In this document: one piece after another, positions 1 through 10,436 of the stretch
Numbering within the stretch: position 1 is the stretch's first letter
How the letters are laid out: the number at the start of each line of letters is the position of its first letter
Assembly: GCA_964620755.1 (NCBI GenBank)
Contig: CAZUHH010000008.1
Coordinates: forward strand, 19,650 to 83,649
DNA: 64,000 nt
Direction: 5' to 3'
Source: an uncultured Bacteroides sp.
GTDB lineage: Bacteria > Bacteroidota > Bacteroidia > G022818785
Program-made: the position numbers and the translations under genes
The notes under the pieces: generated by a model
Databases searched by the model: none
Seen by the model: only the letters and a program-made list of their open reading frames with translations
What the model was told of the DNA's origin: nothing

Positions 1-169
1 TAGCATGGCTTTTTATAGTAATTCCTCGCTCTCTTTCTAAATCCATATTATCTAATACTTGATTTGGTATATCTTTAAGAGTATTTGTGTATTCTATTAA
101 CCTATCTGCTATAGTACTTTTACCATGATCTATATGGGCTATAATGCAAAAATTCCGTATATTATTCAT
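1..169 (-). CDS. lepA: Translation elongation factor 4 (LepA), N-terminal fragment; the gene continues beyond the window start
   Basis: Reverse complement of 1-169 reads [56 protein letters not shown]. It has the GTPase G1 motif AHIDHGKST and the LepA-type block [17 protein letters not shown]. ATG is at 169-167. It is missing from the ORF track because the window edge truncates it. Confidence 0.85.
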   Translation of the reverse strand, partial: MNNIRNFCIIAHIDHGKSTIADRLIEYTNTLKDIPNQVLDNMDLERERGITIKSHA

Positions 170-187
170 GAAAAATTATGAATATTT

Positions 188-640
188 TTAATTATTAAGT
201 AATGTCATACAAGATATTAATCTACCATTAATATCGAAATATAAAGATTGTTTAACAGAAAATTTTTTTATTACAATTAAATTATATATTGACATATAAT
301 TTTTTTTTATTAAAAAAATCTTGTCTAAAGGATAAAACCAATATTTGCTTTTATCAAATCCAATAAAAATTTCTTCTGGTATTTGATCATATGGTATAAT
401 ATAATTATTTTCAATAAAATTACCACTATTAGAATAAATACTATAACAATGTGTATTTTGATATATAAGATGTATTTTGTAATAAAAAAAATGCTTTTTC
501 ATTAAAAAATCATCAATTTCATGATATCTATTTAAAATATCTTTTTTTATTTTTTTTTCAACTAAATTCATAGCACTAATATTAGTATTTAATAGAAATA
601 AAATTAAAAATAAAACTATATTACTGTATAAATTTGCCAT
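188..640 (-). CDS. Hypothetical protein with an N-terminal signal peptide or membrane anchor
   Basis: 150-aa ORF filling the lepA-dnaE gap. The N-terminus is hydrophobic (NIVLFLILFLLNTNISA). I recognise no family motif. Confidence 0.45.
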   Translation of the reverse strand: MANLYSNIVLFLILFLLNTNISAMNLVEKKIKKDILNRYHEIDDFLMKKHFFYYKIHLIYQNTHCYSIYSNSGNFIENNYIIPYDQIPEEIFIGFDKSKYWFYPLDKIFLIKKNYMSIYNLIVIKKFSVKQSLYFDINGRLISCMTLLNN

Positions 641-767
641 ATTAAATTCATGATATAAATTTCAATAAAATAATTTATTTGTTTTATATAAAAAAATATT
701 ATATAAAAAAAATTATTAGTATAATATATAATTATTATATTATTTAATATTACTACAATATAAATCT

Positions 768-3700
768 ATGATTCAATATTCACATCTACATGTTCATAGT
801 CAATATTCATTATTAGATGGAAGTGCCAATATTAAAGAATTAGCTAAAAAAGCTAAAAATGATAATATGAAAGCAATTTCAATTACAGATCATGGTAATA
901 TGTTTGGCGCTTTTCAATTTGCAAGTGAATTATACAAATATAATATAAAACCAATATTAGGATGTGAATTTTATTTAGTAAAGGATAGAAATATAAAATC
1001 TTTTACTAAAAATGATCCTGATATAAGATATCATCAAATCTTGTTAGCTAAAAATGTAACAGGATATCAAAATATTATAAAACTTTGTTCATTAGGGTAT
1101 ATAGATGGATTATACAATAAATGGCCAAGAATAGATAAGTCCTTAATAAGACAATATCATGAAGGATTAATTGCTACAACATGTTGTATGAATTCAGAAA
1201 TATCTAAAAGTATATTGAGTAACAATTTATTACAGGCAGAAAACATATTTAAATGGTGGCTTAGTATTTTTGAAGATGACTACTATATAGAACTTCAAAG
1301 GCATAATATAGAAGGACAAAATAAAATTAATCATATTTTAATACAATGGTCTAAAAAATATAATGTAAAAGTAATAGCAACGAATGACGTTCATTATACT
1401 AATAAAGATGATTCTGATTCTCATGATAGTCTTTTATGTATCAATACTGGAGCCTTAAAAAAAACTAAAATCGGCAGAGGTAAAAATTATAGATTTGGAT
1501 TTCCTAATGATGAATTTTATTTTAAAACTCAAAATGAAATGATGTCTATTTTTAATGATATACCTGAAGCATTAGATAATACACAAGATATTGTAGATAA
1601 AATCCAAATATATGATTTAAAACGCAATATTACATTACCAAATTTCTTATATCCTAAAAATTTTAATAATTCAGATGATTATTTAGAATATTTAACACTT
1701 AAAGGAGCTGAAAACAGATATAAATATATTTCATCTAATGTTAGAAATCGTATCAATTTTGAACTTTTAACAATAAAAAAAATGGGATTTTCTGGATATT
1801 TTTTAATTATCCATGATTGTATAAAAGCAAGTATTGATATGGGAGTAATGGTTGGTCCTGGTAGAGGATCAGCTGCGGGAAGCATTGTGTCTTATTGTAT
1901 AGGAATTACCAATATAGATCCTATTAAATATAATCTTTTATTTGAACGTTTTTTAAATCCAGATAGAGTAAATATGCCAGATATTGATATTGATTTTGAT
2001 AATGAAGGAAGACAAAAAATTATTGATTACGTAGTTAAAAAATATGGATATTATCAAGTAGCTCAAATAATAACATATGGATCTATGGCAGCTAAAATGT
2101 CTATAAAAGATGTAGCTAGAGTAATGGAATTACCAGTTGAAAGATCTAATTATCTTAGCAAATTAATACCTGACAAATTAGGTACTTCTTTAAAAGAAAT
2201 TTTATTAAATGATAATAAGAAATTAAAGTTATTAGGATATTCATATGAAGAAATAGATAGTATTAATAAAATAAAAAATATTTATAGATATAATAATTTG
2301 TCATCTTCTGTTTTAAAACATGCACAATTATTAGAAGGTTCTGTTAGAAATACCGGAATACATGCAGCTGGTATTATAATAGCTCCTAAAAATATAACAA
2401 ATTATATTCCAGTTTGCACAACTAAAGATTCTAAATATTTAATAACTCAATATGATGGTAAAATAATAGAAAACATTGGATTGTTAAAAATGGATTTTTT
2501 GGGATTAAAAACATTATCTATTATTAAGGATACTATTAAAATGATTAATAATAAATTTTTTGATATAAATAGTATACCATTAAATGACAAAAAAACCTTT
2601 TTATTATTCCAAAATGGAATGACAAATAGTATTTTTCAATTTGAAAGTTTAGGTATGCAAAAATATCTTAAACAATTAAAACCTGATAAAATAGAAGATT
2701 TAATAGCAATGAATGCTCTTTATAGACCAGGACCCATGGAATATATTCCCAATTTTATTAAAAGAAAACATGGATTAGAAAAAATAAGTTATTATTTTCC
2801 TGAAATGGCTAAATATTTATCTGATACATATGGTATTATCATATATCAAGAACAGGTGATGCAATTATCACAACAAATTGCAGGTTTTTCAAAATATGAA
2901 GCCGATAGATTAAGAAAAGCCATGTCAAAAAAAACAAAAAATGTTTTATTAGAATTGTATAATAAATATATTAAAGGATGTAAAAAGTTAAATAGAAATA
3001 TTAAAATATGTAATAAAATATGGAATGATTTACAATCTTTTGCTTTATATGCTTTTAATAAATCTCATTCTACTTGTTATGCTATATTATCATATCAAAC
3101 AGCTTATTTAAAAGCGCATTTTACTCCCCAATTTATGGCATCTGTTTTAAATGTACAAATAAATATTGATAAAATATCTTTCATTATACAAGAATGTATG
3201 AAAAATAATATTATAATTTTAGGACCAGATATTAATGAAAGTAATTATAAATTTTCTGTTAATAAAAATAATAATATACGATTTGGATTAATGGCTATTA
3301 AAGGTTTAGGAATGAAAGCAGTAGAAAATATTATAGAAGAAAGAAATAAAAATGGATTATATAAAAATATTTTTGATTTTGCAAAAAGAACTTATAGTCG
3401 TGTTGTAAATAAAAAATCTTATGAAAGTCTTGTTTATAGTGGATCTTTTGATTGTTTTAATGATATAACTAGAGAACAATTTTTTGCTAAAAAATATAAT
3501 AGCCAGTATAATGTTATTGAATTATTAGTTAAATTATCTAATGATTATCAATCCAATAAAATAAATAAACAAGGTTTATTATTTGATAATAATGATGTTT
3601 TTGAAAAAAATTCTTATTTTAAAATTCCTAACTGTAATCCGTGGTCATTAGAATTAAAATCTGCATACGAAAAAGATATCATAGGTATTTATATATCCAA

Positions 3701-4292
3701 TAATCCATTAGATAAGTATCAATATATTGCTAAATATATTTGTAATTGTTCTATTGATGACATTTCAACAGATAATGAATATGTATTTGGTTATATATTA
3801 AAATTATATGGTATTGTAAATGATGTTTATATTACAAATGATAAATATTTCTATTGTAAATTAGTTATAGAATATTATAATAGTTTTATAACTTTAAATA
3901 TATATGATCATAAAATAAATGAATTCAAACATTTATTAAAAAAAAATAAAATTATTTATATTAAAATGGTTGTTAACCATAGTAAAAAATATTTTAATAT
4001 TAAATCATATAATATATTATTAATAAATAATATTGAAAATACTATACAGGCAAATATAAAAAAAATAATCATTAAATTTGATAGCAATAATTTATATGAA
4101 AAAAAAATAAAAAATATTATTAGTAAAAATGTTTCTGATAATATTCTTTATAAGAATAATTTTGTTGTTTTAATATATAATAATACATCTAAAATATATT
4201 GTAAATATTATAATGTAAATATTAGTATTAATTTAATTAATCAGTTAAAAAGTATTGATAAGTTAAAATATTGTTTTGAATTAAGAGATTGA
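768..4292 (+). CDS. dnaE: DNA polymerase III alpha subunit
   Basis: 1174 aa. PHP domain HLHVHSQYSLLDGS, polymerase core blocks (MPDIDIDF, GLLKMDFLGLKTL, ALYRPGP, YQEQVMQ), HhH and OB regions. Ends in TGA. Confidence 0.95.
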   Translation: MIQYSHLHVHSQYSLLDGSANIKELAKKAKNDNMKAISITDHGNMFGAFQFASELYKYNIKPILGCEFYLVKDRNIKSFTKNDPDIRYHQILLAKNVTGYQNIIKLCSLGYIDGLYNKWPRIDKSLIRQYHEGLIATTCCMNSEISKSILSNNLLQAENIFKWWLSIFEDDYYIELQRHNIEGQNKINHILIQWSKKYNVKVIATNDVHYTNKDDSDSHDSLLCINTGALKKTKIGRGKNYRFGFPNDEFYFKTQNEMMSIFNDIPEALDNTQDIVDKIQIYDLKRNITLPNFLYPKNFNNSDDYLEYLTLKGAENRYKYISSNVRNRINFELLTIKKMGFSGYFLIIHDCIKASIDMGVMVGPGRGSAAGSIVSYCIGITNIDPIKYNLLFERFLNPDRVNMPDIDIDFDNEGRQKIIDYVVKKYGYYQVAQIITYGSMAAKMSIKDVARVMELPVERSNYLSKLIPDKLGTSLKEILLNDNKKLKLLGYSYEEIDSINKIKNIYRYNNLSSSVLKHAQLLEGSVRNTGIHAAGIIIAPKNITNYIPVCTTKDSKYLITQYDGKIIENIGLLKMDFLGLKTLSIIKDTIKMINNKFFDINSIPLNDKKTFLLFQNGMTNSIFQFESLGMQKYLKQLKPDKIEDLIAMNALYRPGPMEYIPNFIKRKHGLEKISYYFPEMAKYLSDTYGIIIYQEQVMQLSQQIAGFSKYEADRLRKAMSKKTKNVLLELYNKYIKGCKKLNRNIKICNKIWNDLQSFALYAFNKSHSTCYAILSYQTAYLKAHFTPQFMASVLNVQINIDKISFIIQECMKNNIIILGPDINESNYKFSVNKNNNIRFGLMAIKGLGMKAVENIIEERNKNGLYKNIFDFAKRTYSRVVNKKSYESLVYSGSFDCFNDITREQFFAKKYNSQYNVIELLVKLSNDYQSNKINKQGLLFDNNDVFEKNSYFKIPNCNPWSLELKSAYEKDIIGIYISNNPLDKYQYIAKYICNCSIDDISTDNEYVFGYILKLYGIVNDVYITNDKYFYCKLVIEYYNSFITLNIYDHKINEFKHLLKKNKIIYIKMVVNHSKKYFNIKSYNILLINNIENTIQANIKKIIIKFDSNNLYEKKIKNIISKNVSDNILYKNNFVVLIYNNTSKIYCKYYNVNISINLINQLKSIDKLKYCFELRD

Positions 4293-4349
4293 ATTTTATA
4301 AATTTGTATTGTTAAATTGTATTTATTTAATTAAAATAAAAAAAATAAA

Positions 4350-4667
4350 ATGATATTAGAATTAACAAGTAAGAATTTTAATGATTTAATATTAAAATCT
4401 CCAAAATTATGTTTAATAGATTTTTGGGCTGACTGGTGCAATCCTTGTAAGGCTATAATACCAATAATAGATAATATTTTCAAAAAATATAACGATAAAA
4501 TTGTAATTGGAAAAATAAATATTGATAGTAATATTAATTTAACAGAAGAATATTCTATTCAAAGTATACCTACTATTATTTTTATCAAGAATAGTAAAAT
4601 AGTACATAGAGATATTGGTATTGTTTCAGAACTTGCTTTAAGTAATGTAATAGATCAATATATATAA
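4350..4667 (+). CDS. trxA: Thioredoxin with a variant WCNPC active site
   Basis: 105 aa, thioredoxin-fold length and layout. Redox motif is DFWADWCNPCK and the cis-Pro region is SIPTIIF. Confidence 0.85.
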   Translation: MILELTSKNFNDLILKSPKLCLIDFWADWCNPCKAIIPIIDNIFKKYNDKIVIGKINIDSNINLTEEYSIQSIPTIIFIKNSKIVHRDIGIVSELALSNVIDQYI

Positions 4668-4693
4668 TAAACTTAAATTTTTATTTATATAAA

Positions 4694-5776
4694 ATGATAT
4701 ATGACACAAATGGTAAAATATTGTCATTAAAAAAACAAATAAAAAAACTTGAAGAAAAATTAAGTGATAGTAATATTTTTTCAGATATACATATATATAA
4801 AAAATTACAAAAAAAATATAAAAAAATTAATTTTATATTAAATGAATTAATCAAATATAAATTAATTGAAGATAATATAAATGAAAATAAAGAACTTATT
4901 AGAACTGAAGAAGATAAAGATATATGTAAAATGGCCTATGATGAAATTATCAATCTTAATAAATTAAAAATAAAACAAGAAAATATTATTAAAAATATTC
5001 TGATACCTAAAGAATATGACGATGATAAAAATGTTATTTTCGAAATAAGATCAGGTACAGGAGGAGATGAAGCTGCTCTTTTTGTAGAAGTTTTATATCG
5101 AATATATTTAAAATTTTCACAAAAACGTGGATGGAAAATAGAATTGATTAATGCTACTGAAAATTCATATGGAGGTTATAAAGAAATAATATTAAATATT
5201 TCAGGAAATGGTGTTTATGGAGTTTTAAAATTCGAATCTGGAGTTCATAGAGTACAGAGAGTTCCTTTGACTGAAACGCAAGGCCGTGTGCATACATCAG
5301 CGGCATCTATTGCAGTATTACCTGAACCTGAAAATATAGATGTTAATATAAAAGAATCTGATTTAAGAAAAGATACTTTTTGTTCATCTGGACCTGGAGG
5401 TCAATCAGTAAATACTACATATTCAGCAATCAGATTGGTACATATTCCTACAGGAATTACAGTTCAATGTCAAGATGAAAAATCACAAATAAAAAATTAC
5501 GACAAAGCATTAAAAGTTTTAAAAGCCAGAGTCTATGAGTTAAATGTTAAGGATCAACAATATAAAATATCTGAAAAAAGAAAAAATATGATTTTAACAG
5601 GAGATAGATCTGAAAAAATTAGAACTTATAATTTTCCTCAAGGAAGAGTAACTGATCATAGATTAAATATGACAGTATATAATATTGAATCTATTTTAGA
5701 TGGTAATATTGATGATTTAATCGAAAAAATAAAACTATTTAATAGCAAAGATTTAATTATTGATAATTTTTTTTAA
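4694..5776 (+). CDS. prfA: Peptide chain release factor 1
   Basis: 360 aa. GGQ motif (SGPGGQSVNTT) and an RF1-type PxT recognition tripeptide in RVPLTETQGRVHTSA. Confidence 0.93.
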   Translation: MIYDTNGKILSLKKQIKKLEEKLSDSNIFSDIHIYKKLQKKYKKINFILNELIKYKLIEDNINENKELIRTEEDKDICKMAYDEIINLNKLKIKQENIIKNILIPKEYDDDKNVIFEIRSGTGGDEAALFVEVLYRIYLKFSQKRGWKIELINATENSYGGYKEIILNISGNGVYGVLKFESGVHRVQRVPLTETQGRVHTSAASIAVLPEPENIDVNIKESDLRKDTFCSSGPGGQSVNTTYSAIRLVHIPTGITVQCQDEKSQIKNYDKALKVLKARVYELNVKDQQYKISEKRKNMILTGDRSEKIRTYNFPQGRVTDHRLNMTVYNIESILDGNIDDLIEKIKLFNSKDLIIDNFF

Positions 5777-6508
5777 TTTTCTATGCCCAGGTGGCGAAAC
5801 TGGTAGACGCGTTGGTCTCAAAAACCAATAACATATTTTTGTTGTATCGGTTCGAATCCGATTCTGGGTATTTTTTATTAATATTGTATTAATTAACAAC
5901 CAACTTACGATAGAAATTATAATTCCTATTAAAGATCCTATATAGATATCAATAAAGAAATGATGAGATAAATACACTCTTGAATATGATATAATACTTG
6001 CAATAATCAATATCAATATTGTAATATTGATTTTTTTATCTATTAATATTAAATTGACAATATTCCAAAAAGAAAATGCAATAACTGAATGACCTGATGG
6101 AAATGAATTATCATATTTAACATTAATTAAATGATATAATAATTCATTATTATTAATTAATATGATAGGTCTATAATTATTGATAAATATGTAATTCTTC
6201 ATTATTAATACTGTAATCACACTTATAGCACCTGATAATAACATTGAATAGAAATATTTATAATTATGATATACAATTAATAAGCCAAATATAAAAATAT
6301 AAACGTTGCCTAAATAAGTAATATATTGTAATATGATATCAAGATATATATTATGAAATTTCTGCATCCAAATATGAATTTTAATTTTATCAAAATTAAA
6401 TAATGTTAGTATATATATACCATGTAAAAACCATAAAAACAGATATACTATATAATATTTATATGTATTGGTATTAATTTTAAACATATTTTGATTTTTT
6501 ATTTTCAA
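5753..6508 (-). CDS. PAP2-family (phosphatidic acid / undecaprenyl-diphosphate type) membrane phosphatase; the C-terminal ~40 codons are antisense to tRNA-Leu
   Basis: 251-aa polytopic ORF with PAP2 motifs PSGHS and SRVYLSHHFFID (SRx5Hx3D). The 3' end overlaps tRNA-Leu completely and prfA by 24 nt. Confidence 0.75.
   Translation of the reverse strand: MKIKNQNMFKINTNTYKYYIVYLFLWFLHGIYILTLFNFDKIKIHIWMQKFHNIYLDIILQYITYLGNVYIFIFGLLIVYHNYKYFYSMLLSGAISVITVLIMKNYIFINNYRPIILINNNELLYHLINVKYDNSFPSGHSVIAFSFWNIVNLILIDKKINITILILIIASIISYSRVYLSHHFFIDIYIGSLIGIIISIVSWLLINTILIKNTQNRIRTDTTKICYWFLRPTRLPVSPPGHRKLKKIINN
5785..5870 (+). tRNA. tRNA-Leu (anticodon CAA), class II with a long variable arm; no encoded CCA
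   Basis: Hand-folded. Acceptor GCCCAGG/TCTGGGT (two G-T wobbles). Anticodon stem TTGGT/ACCAA with loop CTCAAAA. Long variable arm. T arm ATCGG-TTCGAAT-CCGAT. Discriminator A. Confidence 0.9.
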
Positions 6509-6667
6509 TAATTAAAAACAAATATATTAATTCTTATATATTATTTTTTATATATAATATTATATTTAGTAAATTAGAAATCATTAATAATTGATTATTT
6601 AAATATATTTTTTATATAAAAAGTATATTTTTAATTGATAGTTGTTTATATTTTAAAAAAAGTATTT

Positions 6668-7540
6668 ATGGGTATTTTGATAAATACAAATTCTAAGATT
6701 ATTATTCAAGGTTTTACAGGTAAAGAAGCCACTTTCCATGCTTTACAAATGATTGAGTATGGTACTAATATTGTTGGAGGAGTAACTCCATATAAAGGTA
6801 ATAGCAAACATTTATCATTACCGGTATTTAATGATTTAAATGATGCTATAAAAAGTACTAATCCAAATGTTAGTATAATTTTTGTTCCTCCTAAATTTTC
6901 GTATGATGCTATTATAGAAGCTATAAATTATAATATTGAGTTAATTGTTGTAATTACAGAAGGTATACCAATTAATGATATGATTTTAATTAAATCAATT
7001 TTAAAAAAAAATAAATCTAGCATATTAATAGGCCCTAATTGTCCAGGTATAATTACAGTTAATGAATCTAAAGTGGGTATTATGCCAAATAATATATTTA
7101 ATAAAGTTGGTAATATAGGTATAATATCAAGATCTGGTACACTTACTTATGAAGTTGCTGATCAAATTAAAAAAGTTGGATTAGGTATTTCAACAGCTGT
7201 TGGAATTGGAGGTGATCCTATAATAGGATCTTCAATAATAGATTTATTAAAATTATTTAATAAAGATCCTAAAACTGAATCTGTAATTATAATTGGTGAA
7301 ATAGGAGGAGATATGGAAATTGAAGCTGCAAAATGGGCTCAAAATAATTTTAATAAACCGATAGCAGCTTTTATAGCTGGTAAAACAGCTCCTAAAGGAC
7401 GTAAAATGGGACATGCTGGTGCTGTTATAGGTAATGTAAATGAGACCGCTACAGCTAAAATGAATATTATGAATGAGTATGGTATTTATATTATAAAATC
7501 AATTGATAAAATAGGAATATCAATGTTAGATATGATATAA
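6668..7540 (+). CDS. sucD: Succinyl-CoA ligase (ADP-forming) alpha subunit
   Basis: Motifs QGFTGKEATFH, SRSGTLTYE and the phospho-His loop MGHAGAV. The ATG at 6668 (MGILIN...) is preferred over the TTG at 6635 listed in the track. Confidence 0.92.
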   Translation: MGILINTNSKIIIQGFTGKEATFHALQMIEYGTNIVGGVTPYKGNSKHLSLPVFNDLNDAIKSTNPNVSIIFVPPKFSYDAIIEAINYNIELIVVITEGIPINDMILIKSILKKNKSSILIGPNCPGIITVNESKVGIMPNNIFNKVGNIGIISRSGTLTYEVADQIKKVGLGISTAVGIGGDPIIGSSIIDLLKLFNKDPKTESVIIIGEIGGDMEIEAAKWAQNNFNKPIAAFIAGKTAPKGRKMGHAGAVIGNVNETATAKMNIMNEYGIYIIKSIDKIGISMLDMI

Positions 7541-7561
7541 TAAATATTAAAGAAGAATCTT

Positions 7562-8284
7562 ATGAAGCTTTTAAGAGATAAAGTAGTATTAATAACAGGA
7601 GGATCTAAAGGCATAGGTTCATCAATAGTTGATTTATTTTATCAACATGGAGCTTTAATAGCATTTACATATTTTAATACTAAATTAAATTATTTAACAA
7701 ATAAAAATTATATCAAAGAATTTAAATGTGATGTTGCTTCATTTGAAGAAACATATAAATTAGTAAAAAAAGTTATTTGTCATTTCGGAAAAATAGATAT
7801 ATTAATTAATAATGCAGGTATTATCAAAGATAGTTTATTATTAAAAATGACAGAAAAGAATTGGGATTCTATAATATCTAACAATTTAAAATCTGTTTTT
7901 AATGTTAGTAAACATAGTTTAAGACAAATGCTTTTACAAAAACATGGCATTATTATTAATATAAGTTCTATTATAGGTATTTGTGGCGCTAGTGGACAAT
8001 CTAATTATGCTGCGTCTAAAGCTGGTATTATAGGATTTTCTAAATCTATTGCTAAAGAATTTTCAGGAAAAAATATTAGAATTAATGTTATTGCTCCTGG
8101 ATTTATATATACAGATATGACAAAAAAACTATTATTAAATAATAATAGTTTTTTAAAGTCAATACCAATTAATCGATATGGCACTGTAGATGATATTGCA
8201 TATACTGCACTTTTTTTAGCATCTAATTGGAGCTCATATATAAATGGTCAAGTTATATCAGTTTGCGGTGGCATTAATTTATAA
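7562..8284 (+). CDS. fabG: 3-oxoacyl-[ACP] reductase (SDR family)
   Basis: 240 aa. TGGSKGIG cofactor site, NNAG, catalytic YAASKAG, FabG-like length. Confidence 0.85.
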   Translation: MKLLRDKVVLITGGSKGIGSSIVDLFYQHGALIAFTYFNTKLNYLTNKNYIKEFKCDVASFEETYKLVKKVICHFGKIDILINNAGIIKDSLLLKMTEKNWDSIISNNLKSVFNVSKHSLRQMLLQKHGIIINISSIIGICGASGQSNYAASKAGIIGFSKSIAKEFSGKNIRINVIAPGFIYTDMTKKLLLNNNSFLKSIPINRYGTVDDIAYTALFLASNWSSYINGQVISVCGGINL

Positions 8285-8306
8285 ATATTAAATAAAGATA
8301 ATTATT

Positions 8307-10427
8307 ATGCAAAATAAAAATATTTCTAAGGTTAAAATATATCATCCTAATATTGATGAATATATTTATATTTCTACTGGAGAAATTGCCAATAAAGCAA
8401 ATGGTTCTGTTATATTAGAATGTGGTAATATGGTTATGCTAGCGACTGTTGTAGCTTCAAAAGAAATAAATTTAGAAAACAATTTTTTAAATTTGTCAGT
8501 AGATTATCAAGAAAGATTTTCAGCTACTGGTCGTATTCCTGGAGGTTTTTATAAAAGAGAATCTAAATTATCTAATTATGAAATATTAATTAGCAGATTG
8601 GTAGATAGAGCCTTAAGACCTAGATTTCCTAGTGATTATTATTATGATATTCATATTAATATTATTCTATTATCAGGTGATAAATTAATTGCACCTGATT
8701 GTTTAGCTTGTTTAGCAGCTTCTAGTGCTTTAACAATTAGCGATATTCCTTTTAATGGTCCAATTTCCGAAGTAAGAGTAGTTCTGTATAAAAATGAATT
8801 TATTGTTAATCCTCTTATTAATAATGACAATAAATATGAATTAGATATTATAATTGCTGCTTCTATTGAAGATATTATTATGATTGAAGGAAACATGCAA
8901 GAATGTTCCATTACAAAAATTATGGAAGCTGTTAATAAAGGCCATAATATTATAAAACAACATATAAATACTCAAAATATATTGTTAAGTAATGTAAAAA
9001 CAGCGACAAAGCAATTATATAAAAAACCTATTTTTGATCAAAAATTTTATAATGATATGTATAAGAGTTTATATTCAAAAATAGTTAATATTTTTGAATC
9101 ATGTCATAGTATTGATATAAAAAAAGGCTTTTTGGAAAAATTATATGATCAATATATTATTGATATTAATCATACAAATACATCATATTCTACATATGAT
9201 ATTAAAAAATATTATAAAAAAGTAACAAAATATATAATTAGAAAGTTAATTTTAAATAAAAAAATAAGACTAGATGGTAGAAAATATGATAATATTAGAA
9301 ATATCAATTCAAAAATTAATATTTTGCCATCTACTCATGGATCATCTATTTTTACTAGGGGAGAAACGCAAGTTATATCAACTGTTACATTAGGATCTAA
9401 ATATGATGAACAATGTATAGACGGTGCTATGTTTTCAGGATATGATAATTTTATATTACATTATAATTTTCCAGGATTTGCGACAGGAGAAATTAAACCT
9501 AATAGACAACCTAGTAGACGTGAAATAGGTCATGGTAATTTAGCATTAAAAGCTATAAAACCTGTATTATTAGATAATTTTTCTTACACTATTAGAATAG
9601 TTGCAGATGTTTTATCGTCAAATGGATCATCATCAATGGCAACAGTATGTGCCACCACATTAGCGCTATTAGATGCTGGTATTAAAATAAAAAATTCAGT
9701 TGCAGGTATAGCTATGGGATTAATTCAGGATGAAAATAATAACGAAAATTATGTTATACTATCAGATATAACTGGAGAAGAAGATCAAATTGGAGATATG
9801 GATTTAAAATTGACTGGTACTAATGAAGGTATAACTGCTATACAAATAGATATTAAAACAAATGCATTGTCACAAAAAATATTATATGAAGGATTAACTC
9901 AAGCTTATAAAGGTATCTTATATATATTAGAATCTATGAATACTACAATTAATACACCTAAAAATTCATATAAAGAACATGCGCCTCGTATTTTTAGTAA
10001 AGTTATAGATAGTAAATTAGTTGGTATTATAATAGGAACTGGAGGTAAAACTATTAATGAAATACAAAGAAATACTAATACTTTAATAAAAATAGTTGAA
10101 AAAAATAAACAAAATATATTGGAAATTTTTGCTCCAAACAAACAAGATTTAGATAATGCTATTCAAATTTTAAATGGTTATATAATATTACCTAAAATTG
10201 GAACAATTTATAATGGAATTGTTAAAAATATATTAAAATTTGGTGCTTTTATAGAATTTATGCCAGGAAAGGAAGGATTGTTACATATATCAGAAATATC
10301 AAATGATCATATTAATGATATTAATGATCTATTATCTATAGGGCAAAAATTAAAAATAAAACTTATAGATATTGACAAAAAAACTGGAAAATTTCGTTTA
10401 TCTATAAAAAGAATTAATATAGAATAA
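8307..10427 (+). CDS. pnp: Polyribonucleotide nucleotidyltransferase (PNPase)
   Basis: 706 aa. Two RNase PH domains (GRIPGGFYKRE, REIGHGNLA), a KH domain (GTGGKTINEIQ) and a C-terminal S1 domain (GIVKNILKFGAFIEF). Confidence 0.95.
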   Translation: MQNKNISKVKIYHPNIDEYIYISTGEIANKANGSVILECGNMVMLATVVASKEINLENNFLNLSVDYQERFSATGRIPGGFYKRESKLSNYEILISRLVDRALRPRFPSDYYYDIHINIILLSGDKLIAPDCLACLAASSALTISDIPFNGPISEVRVVLYKNEFIVNPLINNDNKYELDIIIAASIEDIIMIEGNMQECSITKIMEAVNKGHNIIKQHINTQNILLSNVKTATKQLYKKPIFDQKFYNDMYKSLYSKIVNIFESCHSIDIKKGFLEKLYDQYIIDINHTNTSYSTYDIKKYYKKVTKYIIRKLILNKKIRLDGRKYDNIRNINSKINILPSTHGSSIFTRGETQVISTVTLGSKYDEQCIDGAMFSGYDNFILHYNFPGFATGEIKPNRQPSRREIGHGNLALKAIKPVLLDNFSYTIRIVADVLSSNGSSSMATVCATTLALLDAGIKIKNSVAGIAMGLIQDENNNENYVILSDITGEEDQIGDMDLKLTGTNEGITAIQIDIKTNALSQKILYEGLTQAYKGILYILESMNTTINTPKNSYKEHAPRIFSKVIDSKLVGIIIGTGGKTINEIQRNTNTLIKIVEKNKQNILEIFAPNKQDLDNAIQILNGYIILPKIGTIYNGIVKNILKFGAFIEFMPGKEGLLHISEISNDHINDINDLLSIGQKLKIKLIDIDKKTGKFRLSIKRINIE

Positions 10428-10436
10428 AAAAATATT

